Shown here piece by piece: positions 1 to 12,100 of a stretch of DNA of 39,883 bases; position 1 is the stretch's first letter; each line of letters opens with the position of its first letter. Origin of the DNA: Opitutaceae bacterium (GTDB lineage: Bacteria > Verrucomicrobiota > Verrucomicrobiia > Opitutales > Opitutaceae); contig JBILWD010000001.1 of NCBI GenBank assembly GCA_044370095.1, forward strand, positions 1 to 39,883, in the 5' to 3' direction. The notes beneath the pieces were generated by a model. The model was not told the origin of the DNA and searched no databases. It saw nothing but the letters and a program-made list of their open reading frames with translations. Made by a program: the position numbers and the translations under genes.

Positions 1-190
1 AAAGCCACCCCACTTGTAGGGCGTCCGCTCCGGCCCGCTCGCCTCCGCGGCGTGGAAGCGACCGTGATCCCAACGGTCCGGCGGCACCTCGGTGATCGCG
101 TCGCCCCCGGTCCGCAGCAGTTCCCAGAACGCCGCCGGATCCGCCGCCCCCGGGAACCGACCCGCGAACCCGATCACCGCGATGTCCCCC
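1..190 (-). other. N-terminal part of a further KS domain (truncated by window edge)
   Basis: DIAVIGFAGRFPGAADPAAFWELLRTGGDAITEVPPDRW...YKWGGF. Confidence 0.9.
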
Positions 191-3100
191 GCCGCAACGG
201 GCGCGGCCGCGACCGGCGCGGAGGCCGACGTGGACGCCGCGGACGCCACCGGCGCCGGAGGCAGCGGGGTCGGCGCAACAACCGGCAGTGGCCGCGGCGG
301 CGCGGCCACGCCGAGGGTGGAGAGATGCGCGGCAAGCCGGGCGACGCTGCCGTGGTCGAAGAGGACCATCGGCCGCAGGTCGAGGCCGAGCTCCCGGTTC
401 ACTTCGCCGATGAACGCCACGCCCCCGATGGAATCCAAACCGAAGTCCGTGAACGGGGCCGCCCGATCCAGGTCGCCGGCGGCCAACCGCAGCACGCGCG
501 CCAACACGCCGGCCACCCGCGCCTCGAGGTCCGCCGGCGCGAGGACGACGGCCGGGGCGGCGGCGGTCGCGAGTGCAGCGGACCGCGGCGCGGGAGTTTC
601 GCCGCCGACGCCCATCCGCGTGAGCGCCGCGGGCGAGGCCCGCAGATAGACCCGTTGGCCGCCGCCCGCCGCCAGGCAGGCCGCGATCGCGGGCAGGCCG
701 TCCGCGGGCGTGATCGCCCCCAACCCCGCCGCGCGCAGGGCCGGCAGGTGCGCGGGCTCCAAACCGTGCGCCCAGAAGCCCCAGTTGATCAGATGCACGG
801 GGAACGGCGCGACGGCTCCCAGCCGGGCGGCGAGCGCGTCCTGCAGGCAGCAGGCCGCCGCGTAGGCGCCACGCCGCGCCTCGTTGAAGAAACTCTGGGC
901 CGAGCCGAGGAGCACCAGGAAGTCGGGCGTGTGCGGGCGGATCGCCTCGTACAGCGCCGCCGTGCCCGCGGTCTTCGCATCCAGGATCTCTCTCGCGCGC
1001 GCCTCGGGCAGGGTCAGGGTCCGTTCGTCCTGGAACACCAGCGCCGCGTGGAACGCCCCATGCAACGCCCCGTGGCTCGCCACGGTTTCCGCGACGATCG
1101 CGCGCAGCGCCGCCGCATCCTCGCTCGCGGCCGCGTGGTAGGTGAGTTCGCCGCCCAACGCGCGGATCTCCGCCCGCGCCGCCGCGATCGCCGCGTCCTC
1201 CGCCCGGCGGCCCACCCACACGAGCCGCGCCCCGAATTTCGCCGCCAAGTGCCGGCTCAGCGCCCGCCCCACCTGGCCCGCTCCGCCCACGAGCAGATAG
1301 ACGCCCCCCGCCCGGTAGGGCTCCCGTTCGGGAACCGGTACCGCGACCGGACGCAGCTCCTGCCGCCACCGCCGGCCCGCCCGCCACGCCACGCGCTCGC
1401 CCGGCCGCTGCGCCGGTTCCGCCGCCACGGCCGCCGCGCCCGCCGCCCAGGCGGCCGGGGTGTCGTCCGCGGGCGGCTCGACGTCGAGATGCGCCAGATC
1501 CAACCCGGGAGTCTCCTTGCCCAACGCCGAGAGCAACCCGGCCACGCCCGCGGCATAGGGCGCGACCGCCTCACCCGCCCCGGTCGCCCAGCAGCCGGCG
1601 GTCACCACCCGCAGTTGCAGGCCGGGCCGCCAATCCTCCGCCCGCGCGAGCGCCTGCGCGAGGCGGAGCAGCGCCAGCGGACCGCGCTCCTGGCCCGACG
1701 CGACCCGCGCGACCTCGTCCGCCCCGGGGGCCGGCGGCGCGTCCGCCAGGAGATAGATGCGACCCGGCGAGGCTCCGGCCACCACCCGGTCCCACGCCCC
1801 CGGATCACCCGCCGCCAGGCCGGCCTCAGTTGCGTCCACCACGCGGGCGCCGGGATGCCCAGCCGCGAGGGCGGCGGCGAGCGGCCCATGCCCGAGGATG
1901 AGCACGGGGCCGGCGGACACGGGGCCGGCGGCGGCCGGCGCTTCGGTCCACGCCGGCGCGAGGTGGCGCGGAGCAATGTCGAGGGCGGCCTCCGCCGCGG
2001 CCAGGTCACCTGTTCCCTCCGGCGCAACCTTCGGCACCTCCGGGAGTCCGCTCGGCGCCACGGGGACCGGGGGTGCAATGGGCGTCGCCGGCGGAGGAGG
2101 CACCACGGACCCTGGGGGCGCAGCCGGGCCGGCCGGGGCGGGCATTTCCTCCGCGAGGCGGGCGCGCAGGGCGGCGAGATGCGGCAGCGAGGCCAGCACG
2201 TCCGCCCGGGGCGCACCGAAGTCGATCAAGCACGCAACCTCGTCGACCCCCGCGGCCCGGCAGGCGCGAATCATCGCGACGCAGGAGTCCGGGGTGCCGA
2301 TCAGCGAAGCCTCACGGCAGTACCGCTCGAAGGAGAACTCGGCCAGGCGGCGCCGCTCCTCCTCGCCCAGCGCCGCGGCGCCCTCCACTGCGCCCAAGTG
2401 GGCGTCGACCGAACTCCGGATGTACGCGAGGAACGGCTCGCGCACCACCGCCCGCCCGCGCGCCTCATCGGGATCGACAAAGGTGTGCAGCATCAGCGTG
2501 ACCCGCCCCGTCGCCGGATCGAGGCCCGCGGCGCGGCGCGCCTCGCGATACGCCGCAATCTTCCCGGCCAACTGCTGGAGGTTCGAACCCTGCAGCATCG
2601 TCAGCACGTGGCAGCCGAGGCGCCCCGCATCGACGAACGAATCGGCGCGGCGTGACACCGCGAGCCACACCGGCAACTCCCGCTGCACGGGCTCCGGGTA
2701 CGGACGCAGGCGCACGGTCTCGCCGCGGCCATTCACCCGCTCCGCCTCGCCGCCGCGCCACAGTCGGCGCACCTCGGGAACGCGCTCGAGCCAGGTTTCG
2801 CGCAACCGGGGGTAAACGTCCGGCGCGAGCACGAAGTCGTTCGGGTTCCAGCCGGAGGCGAACGCGACGTCCACCCGCCCGCCAGAAAGGTTGTCCACCA
2901 CCGCCCATTCCTCGACGACGCGCAGCGGATCCGCGAGGGGCAGCACCACGCTGCCGGCGCGCACGCGCACGCGGCGGGTGATCGCCGCCAGCGCGGCGGT
3001 GAGGGCGGCGGGCGCACTGTAGATGCCGCCGAACGGATGGAAGTGGCGCTCCGGGGTCCAGACCGCCTCGAACCCGTTTCGGTCGGCGAACCGCGCCGCC

Positions 3101-6100
3101 GCCAGCACCAGGTCGTAGCGACCGCCGGGTTCACCCTGGTTCGCGTCGCTGAAGAACATCAGGCTGAGGCCAACCGCCGCCGGAGGCGCCGGCGGCTCCT
3201 CGGCGCCCGGGACCCAGCAGCGGACCCGCGCGAAGGGATAGCCCGGCAAATCCACGGGGAGCCGCGGCACGGTGCCGGGGAGTCGGCGCCAATCGACGGT
3301 CGCCCCATCCACCCAGCAGCGGGCGAGGCCCGCGAGATCGCCCGCGGCCGCCGCCGCCCCGGCCGCGGCGGTGAGGCTGCCGTCCTCGCGGCGCCGGACC
3401 AGTTCCGGATCCGCGCGGCGCGCGTGGCCCGCCCACAGGCCCGGCACGGCCTCGCCGCGCAACCACGCCTCGAGCGCCGCCGCCGCCCCGGCCGTGCTGG
3501 CGGCCGGGAACGCGAGCCGGTCCTCAAGCGCCTCCCGGCCCGCCTGCAGGGTGAACGCGAGGTCCGCCAGCGCGTCGCCGCTCGCGGCAAGATGCCGCGC
3601 GAGGCGCGCCGCGTGCTCGCGCAGCCGGGCATCGCCCTTCGCCGAAAGCACGATCAGCCACGGCCCGGCGGCGGGCGGCCCCAGCGCGACGGGCGGCGGT
3701 TCCTCGAGGATCACGTGGACGTTGGCCCCACCCGCCCCGAACGAACTCAACCCGGCGCGACGCGGCAGCGAGACCCCGTCCCGGATCAGCCGCGGCCAGG
3801 GCTCCAAGGCGGTGGGCACGCGGAACGGCGTGCGCGCGAGCTCGAGGTGCGGATTGGGCGGCGTGGCGTGCAGGCTCGGTGCGATCTGCCCGTGGCGGAA
3901 CTGCAACAGCACCTTGGTCAGCCCCGCGATCCCCGCGGCGGACTCGCAGTGGCCGAGGTTGGATTTCACGGAACCCAGCCAACACCGGCCCGGCTCCGCC
4001 CCCGCGCCCGCGGCGGCAAACGCCTGCGCCAGCCCCGCCACCTCGATCGGATCGCCGAGCGAGGTGCCGGTGCCGTGCGCCTCGACGCAGGTGATCGTGT
4101 CCGGCGCGACCCCCGCCGCCGCGAGCGCCGCGCCCACCACCTCCGCCTGGGCGCGGGCGCTCGGCACGGTGTAGCCGCTGGTCCGGCCGCCGTGGTTCAG
4201 CGCCGTCGCCCGGATCACGCCATGGATCCGGTCTCCGTCCGCCACGGCCCGCGAGAGGGGTTTCAACAGCACCGCACCCACGCCCTCGCCGGGAACATAG
4301 CCCTCGCCGCCCGCCCCGAATGCCCGGCAGCGCCCGTCCCGCGTGCTGAAGCCGGTCTGGCTCAGCACGAGGTCCTTCTCGGGATGCAGGGTGAGGTTGA
4401 CGCCGCCCGCCAGCGCCAGTTCGCACTCGCCGCGGCGCAGGCTCTCGACGGCCAGGTGCAGCGCGGTCAGCGACGACGAACACATCGTGTCCAACGCGAG
4501 GCTTGGCCCGCGCCAGTCGAAGAAGTGCGAGACGCGGTTGGCGATGCTCGCGAAGGAGGCGCTCAGCGACACCGGGTTGCCGCGGAGCCGCTCCTCCACC
4601 CCGAACAGCTGGTAATGCGCGTACATCACGCCGACGAACACGCCGACCGCGCGGCCCGCCAGCTCCCGGCGTGGCCGGCCCGCATCCTCGAGCGTGCTCC
4701 ACGCCGTTTCGAGGAAGAGCCGCTCCTGCGGGTCCATGAACTGCGCCTCCCGCGGCGAGAGGTTGAAGAGCAGGGGATCGAAACGGTCGACGCCCCGGAT
4801 GAAGCCGCCCCAACGGTTGGTGGTCCGCCCGGGCTTCAGCGGCTCAGGATCGTGGATCGCGGCCGCATCCCACCGCTCCGGCGGCACCGGCTCGATGCAA
4901 TCGCGCCCCGCCGCCAGCTGCCGCCACAACTCCGCGACGTCGTCCGCCTGCGCGTAACGACCCGCGACGCCGATGATCGCCACCGGCTCGGCCGCGGCGG
5001 GAGACTCCGTGACCACCGCCCCGGCCGGAGCCGCGTTCAACTCCACCGAGCTCCCCGCCACCGGTCCGGCCACGACCGGCTCCGGCGCGCCCGCAAGGGC
5101 GCGAGAGGGTGCGGAGACGGAGGGGACGCGGGCGGCGAGGGCCTGGCGCAACGCCGGACCGCGGTCGCGCAGGAGGTGGTCCGCCAAGGCCTCCAGGGTC
5201 GGGAATTCGAACAGCAGCGTCTGCGGCAGCTCGCCCAGATCGTGGCTGAGGCGCTGCGCGAAGGTCGTCACCATTACCGAGTCGAGGCCGTAGTTCTCGA
5301 TCGGCTCGTCAGCGAGGACCTGTTCCGGCGGCAGCTTGGTGAGTTCGGCGAACACGCGGACGAGGTGCGCGAGGACGTCGGCCCGCGCCGGACCTTCCTC
5401 GGCCGCGGCGATCTCCACCTGCGGTTCCACCGCCGCCGGGGCGGGCGGCATGACCGGTTCCGGCGGGCGCACGAGGCGCGCGATGCGCGCGGGGTCCCCC
5501 GCCAGCGCCATCACCCGGGGCAGGCCCGCAGCGAGCACCTGTTCCAGCACCTCGAGGCCCATGGTCCGGTCGAGCACGTCGAGGCCGAGTTCCGCGCAAC
5601 GTGCCGCCGCCGCTGGTCCACCCATCCCGCCGTCGGCCCAGAGCGGCAGGTTGATCGTGACCACGCGGGGGCCCGGCCCACCGGCCGCGCGCGCCGCCTC
5701 GTGGTCGGCCGCCCACGCGTCGAGCAGCGCGTTGGCGTAAGCGTAGGCGGCCTGCCCGGGCGGACCGAGGACGCCCGCCGTCGAGGAGAGCAGCAGCAGG
5801 AAGGCCTCCGGTTCAGGCGCGAGGGCCGCCGCGAGGGCCGCCGCGACCGTGACCTTCGGCGCGATCACGGCCGCGAAGTCCGCCGCGCCGAGGCCCCGCG
5901 CCCGGCCGTCGCGCAGCACCCCGGCCGCGTGGATGACGCCGTCGATCGGACCGAAGGTCGCCCGAGCCACCGCGCACACCTCAGCCGCCCGCGCGGGATC
6001 GGTGAGGTCCGCGCGGATGAAGCGCACCGCGTCGCCAAGGACCGCGAGCCGTTCACGCCGCGCGCCGGTGGGCTCGTTCCGCCCCGCGAGGACCAACCGC

Positions 6101-9100
6101 GCCCCGCAGGCACCGACGAGATGCTCGGCGAGCAGGACGCCGAGGCCACCGGCCCCACCCGCGATGACGTAGGTCCCGCCCGGCCGGAAAGGAGACCCGG
6201 CCGCCGGTGCCACCGCCACCGCGGCGAGCTCCCGCCGCGCGCGTTCACCCCCCGCACCCAACCGGACCGCCGGCGGACCGTCCCGCCACTCCGCCACCAC
6301 CGCGGCCGCCGGAGCCCCGGGTGCGCACTCGACCGTGCGCAGGCGCAGCCACGGTTCCTCGGCCCGCACGGCCGCCGCGTAAGCCTCCACCGCGCGCCGC
6401 GGGGCGGCACCGTCGTGCAGGAAGACGAGCGTCACCGGCGCCGGCCGTTCCCGGGCCGCGAGGGCGCGGACCACGGTGTGCAGCGCGCCGAGGCCGCCCG
6501 CCCACGGTTCGGCCACGCCTGCCGGCGCGACGAGTGCCACGACCTCCGGCGCGGCCGCGGTGAGGCGCGCGGTCAATGCCCCCAGCTCCGCGGACGTCGG
6601 TTCCGCGGGCGCGGGCGCAGGTCCGCCTTCGAGTTCGATCTCCGGAGCGGCCGAGCGCCACGCGTCCGTCTGCGCGACGTCGGCCCCCAGCAGCAGGATC
6701 CGCGTCCCTGCCGCGGGCGGCCCGCCCGCGGGCGCCGGAGCCCAGCGCGGGAGGTGGAACGTGAGCCGCTCCGCCACCGGGGCCCGCGCCGCGCGCACCG
6801 CGAGACCAGCCATCGCCGCGACCACGGCGCCGGCCTCGTCGCACCAGACGAAATTCCAGCGGCCGTCCACGGCCCGGGCGTGGACGAACACCGTTTCCGG
6901 CGGTTCCCGATGCACGCGATGGCTCCGCGCGGCGAACGGCAGCCCGGCCCCGCCGGCGTCACCCAACGCGGCGAGCGCCTGGAATGCGCCGTCGACGAGC
7001 GCGGTCTCGCGCGTGAGTCCCGCCGGAGCGGCACCGAGCTCGAGGCGCGCCCACAATTCGCCGTCGCCCACCCCGACCTCCCGAACCACGCGCAACGCCG
7101 GCCCGTGGCGGAAGCCGACCGCCGCCAGTCCCGCGTACAACGCCTCCGGATCCACGGGCCGCGCCGCGCGGCGCCGCACGGCCGCCAGCTCCACGGGCGC
7201 GGGTTTCTCCCCGGATGGCTCCGCCCGGTCGCCGCGAACCGACATCGCTTCGCCGCCGCCCGGTCCGCGGAGGCGCAGGCGACCGGAGCCTTCACCGGCG
7301 GACGTGAACTCCGGGCTGAGCTGCAAGCCCGCGGCGTCCGGCGCCAGCGGCGCGAGCCAAGCGATGTCCCGCAACTCCACGTGATCCGCGCCGAGCGCGC
7401 GGGCGAGTTCCGCGCGGGCGAGCGCGAGGGACGCCGCACCCGGGAGGAGCGGACCTCCCTGCACCTCGTGGTCGCGCAGGACGGAATCGTCGGCCGCCAG
7501 ACGGAGCGGGCGCGGCGTGGTGGGCGCGGGCGACGCCAGCGGCGTCACCCAGTGGCGATCGCGGGCGAAGACGGTTCCCGGCAGGCTCACGCGGCGGGGC
7601 TTCCGCCCGGCCCACGCCTCGCGCCAGTCGACCTCCGCACCCTCAACCCACCAGCGGGCGACCGCCTCCCAGCGGCCCGCCCGCACGAGGCCGCGCACGA
7701 ATTCCGCGCCCTCGGGACCGCTGGCGAGTCCGCGCCCGAGCCGCTCCGCGCGGGCGCTGCCGGTGGTGAGGTCGCCGTGCGGTTGGCCGGCCGTGAACGC
7801 GTCGAGCGCCGTCGCCACCTCGCCCCAGTCGGCGGCAGTGAAGGCGAGCCGCTCGTCGCCGGGCTCGCGGCCGACCTGCAACGTGAAGGCCGCGTCGGCC
7901 AGCGGCGGCCGCGAGAGCTCAGCCGGGCGGCGCAGCCACTCCCGCCACGCGGCGACGGTGGCGCGCAGCCGGCTGCTCTCGCGCGCGGAGAGGATGAAGA
8001 GGTGCCGCTGACCGTCGGGTCCCGCGTCGGCCGGCGCGGGCGGACCCTCCTCGACGACGACGTGCGCGTTAGCGCCGCCGGCGCCAAAGGAACTGAGTCC
8101 GGCGCGCCGCGGGGTCGCGCCACGGGGCCACGGCAGGGGCGCCTGCGGGATATGGAACGGCGTCGCCGCGAGATCGAGGTGCGGGTTAAGGGTGCGCGAA
8201 TGCAGGCTCGGCGCGACGACCCCGTGGCGCAGTTGCAGGAGAAGTTTGAAGAGCCCGGCGAGGCCAGCGGCGCCCTCAAGGTGACCGAGGTTGGACTTCA
8301 CCGAACCGAGCGCACACGAGGCGGGCGGTCGGCCCGCGGTCCCAAAGACCTCCTGCAACGCGGCGACCTCGATCGGATCGCCGAGGGCCGTGCCGGTGCC
8401 GTGGGCTTCGAGGCAGGTGATCTCCGCCGGGGCGACCCCCGCGGCGGCGAGGGCGGCCCGCACGACCGCGGTTTGCGCGCGCGGGTTGGGCACGGTGTAG
8501 CCGTTGGTCTTGCCCCCGTGGTTCACCGCCGTCGCCCGCAGGATGCCGTGCACGGTGTCGCCGTCCGCCAAGGCGCGAGAGAGGGGCTTCAGCAGCACCG
8601 CGGCCACGCCTTCCCCCGGCACGTACCCGTCGCCGCCCGCGCCGAAGCTCTTGCACCGGCCGTCCGCGGCCGCGAACCCGCCCTGCGCCAGGCCGACATC
8701 CTTCGCCGGGTGCAACGAGAGGTTCACGCCGCCGGCCAACGCCAGTTCGCATTCGCCGCGCCGCAGGCTCGCGCACGCGAGGTGCAGCGCGGTCAGGGCC
8801 GAGGAGCACATCGAGTCGAGCGCGAGGCTCGGGCCGCTCCAGTCGAACCAGTAGGAGACCCGGTTCGCGATCGAGGCCTGCGAGGCGTTGACGGGCACGA
8901 GCCGTCCCGGCGCCGAGGCCTCCAGGCCCACGAGCTGGTACTGGCTGTACATCGAGCCGACGAAGACGCCCACCGGCCGGCCCCGCAGTTCGGCGCGCGC
9001 GTAACCCGCATCCTCCACCGTGTGCCACGCCGTCTCGAGGAACAGCCGTTCCTGCGGGTCGATCAGCTCCGCCTCGCGCGGGGGCACCCGGAAAAACCCG

Positions 9101-12100
9101 GCATCGAAGCGGTCGACGTCCGCGAGGAAGCCGCCCCAGCGGTTGTAGGTCTTCCCGGCGGCCCCGCGCTCCGACGAGTGGTAGTCTGCCAGCGACCAGC
9201 GCTCCGGCGGCACCTCGGTGATCGCATCGCGGCCGGAGGCCAGCAGGGCCCACAACGCCTCCGGATCCGACGCCTGCGGGAAGCGGCCGTGGAAACCGAT
9301 CACGGCCACGGCCTCCGCCATCTCGGCCGTTGCGGCAGCGGCGGCTACGCTCGGCGCTGCGGCCTGAGGCGCGTCCGCGGCGGAACCCACGGGAGCCGCC
9401 ATCGCCACCGGCGCGCCCACGAACGGCCCCAAGGGCCGCGCGTAACGAATCGCCAAGTGCGCCGCGAGGGACGCGAGGGTCTGGTGCTCGTAGAGGAGCG
9501 ACTTGGGCAACGGACCGAGATCCTCCTCCAGCCGTCGCGTGAAGGAGAGCACCAGCAACGAATCGATGCCGTAACGCTCGAGCGGGGCCGTCGCGTCGAT
9601 GCGCTCCACGGGAATCTTGGTCAGCGCCGCCAGTTTCCCCCGCAGATAGTCCGCCACGGCCGCCGCCGGCACCGGTGCACCGCTGGCCACGGCCGGCTCC
9701 GCCGCACCGCGCGGCGCGTGCGCGATCACCTCCAGCGCCGGCGCCCCCGCGGTCACCGGTTCCAATCCCACCGCGACCACCGGCTCCTCCCCCGTCAGCA
9801 GCCGCGCGAACACCGCGCAGCCCAGCGCCGCCGGCAGCGGCTCGACCCGCTCGCCGCGCAGCGCCAGCAGTTCCGGCGCCACGCCCAGGCCCGTCTCCCA
9901 CAACGGCCACTGGATCGCCACGCTTCGCCCCGCGCGCTCGCCCGCCAGCACGCGCCGGGCGCGGCGCCGCAGAAACGCATCGAGGAAGGCGTTGGCGTAG
10001 GAGTAGTCCGCCTGCCCCACGTTGCCGTCCACCGCGGCCACCGAGCTGAAGCCCGCGAACCAGCGCAACGGATCCGCCGCCGTCACCTCATCGAGCACCA
10101 CCACCCCCGCGGTCTTCGGGGCCAGCACGCGCCGCGCCGCATCCAGAGACTGCCGCACCAGAAACGCATCCGCCGTCACGCCCGCCGCGTGGACCACGCC
10201 TTCCACCGGTCCGAACTCCGCCCGCGCCGCCGCCAACGCCGCGCGCACGGCCGCCGCGTCGGTGACATCCGCCGCCCGGTACCGCCAGCGTGAACCGGCC
10301 GGGAGCGCCGCCGCCAACCCCGCGGGCGGCTCCGCGCTCCGTCCCAGCAGCGTGATCGCGGAACCCCGCGCCGCCAGTTCCGCCGCCACCGCGCGGCCCA
10401 CCCCGCCCGCGCCGCCACTCAGCACCACGTGCGCCGCGACCTCCGGCTCGCCGTCGGCGGGCGGCTCGCAGGGCTCCGTCACGCGCACCCGCCGCGCCGC
10501 GCCCACGCCGGTCACGTCAACCGCATCGTCCGCTGCGGCCCATTCGGCCGGCCAGGTCGTCGGATCCGTCACGCCGCGCAGCAGCTTCCAGCGCAGCTCC
10601 GGTTGCTCGCGGCGCACGGTGGCCAGCAGGGCGGCGATCGCTTCCACCGCGGGCCCCGGCGCTTCCTCCGTCACGACCAGGCCCCGCACCCCCGCGCGCC
10701 CGGCCGCGACCAGAGCCTGCAGCAAGAGGAAGACCGGCGTAAACGCCTCCTCCGGGCCGGCGGTGCGCGGCAGCACCCACACCACGGCGTCCGGCGCCGC
10801 CGCCGCCACCAACGCCCGGAAATCCTCCGGCACGTCGGGCCGCACGGTCCAAACTTCTCCGTCCGTCCCGCCGGCCCCGCCCGGCATCACCCGGCGCACC
10901 CCCGCGCCCGGCCACCCCGCGGCCAAGCCCGCCACCGCACTGCCGGTCGCATCCCAAACCAGCACGGCCCTCGGCGCCGGCGCCTCCGCCGCCACCGGCA
11001 GCGGCCGGGACACCCACGCCGGTCGCGCGAAGCGGAGCCGCGCGGCCACGTCGGGCGCGGGTGCAGCGGAAGCGAGGCGACGCACCGTGAAACCCGTCAG
11101 CGCGACCCGCACCCCACCCGCGGGATCGAGCAATTCCACATCGACGACATCCGTGTCACCCCGCCGCTCGCGGCGGCGCGCCCGCGCCCGCGCCCGGTCC
11201 AAACCATCCGCGGCTTCCGCCGCCCACCGTACCACCTCGACCCCAACCGGCACCGCCTCGCCCCGCGCGGTCACCGCGGCGGCCGCCTGCAGCGCCCCCT
11301 CGAGCAGCAATCCGGCCGCCACGCCCGCGGATAGGCCGGCCGGCACGCGCAACTCGGCCACGACCTCGTCGTCGCCGGCCGCGGCGGCGGTGATCACGCG
11401 CAGGGCAGGCCCGTGGCGGACGGAGCCGCCAAAGAACGCGGCATAAAATGCGGGGCCGTCCCATCGCCGCGGGAGCCGCGCGGATGCCGTTTCCGGCCCC
11501 GGGACGCCAGCGGGTAAGTCCGCGGGATCCCCGGCGGAGACGAGGCGGCCGCGGGCGGACGGCGCCCCCGCGGCGAGTCCCACCAGCAATTCGCGGTCCG
11601 CGTTCCCAGCGCCGAGGTCTACCGCCAGCCGGCCCGGCGTGGTGACGGGCAGGGGCCGAAGCCACGCGAAGTCGACGATCCGGCCCGGACCGAGCGGGCG
11701 GACCGCGGCGAGGGCGCGTTCGAGCTGGAGCGCCCCCGCGAGCCAGGGAGCACCGGCCACCTCGTGATCGCGGATCCACGGCGCGGTGGGATCGAGCGGC
11801 GTGGTCCAACGGCGTCCGGTCGGAACCGGTTCCTCGGCGAGGCCCCAGGCCGCGGCCCCCGTCGCGCCCGCGCCCGTACCCGCCGGGGCGACCGGGGCGG
11901 GAGCGGGGGCGGGAGCCGCAACCCAGCAGCGTTCCCGCGCGAAGCGGCGGCGCGGGAGCGGGGGCCGGCCGGAATGCGGCGGGGGCTCGGCGAGCAGCAC
12001 GTGCGCGTTCGTCCCGCTGTAGCCGAAGGAGCTGACGCCGGCGAAACGGGGTTCGGCTCCGGCCGGCCATTCGCGGGCCTCGGTCGGGATGAAGAACGGA

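Noticed and set aside
11050-11810. Pyran synthase call for the odd DH
   Set aside because: The His-to-Pro spacing is not shortened and an acidic residue (Glu) is retained. It is also the only hotdog domain in its module.
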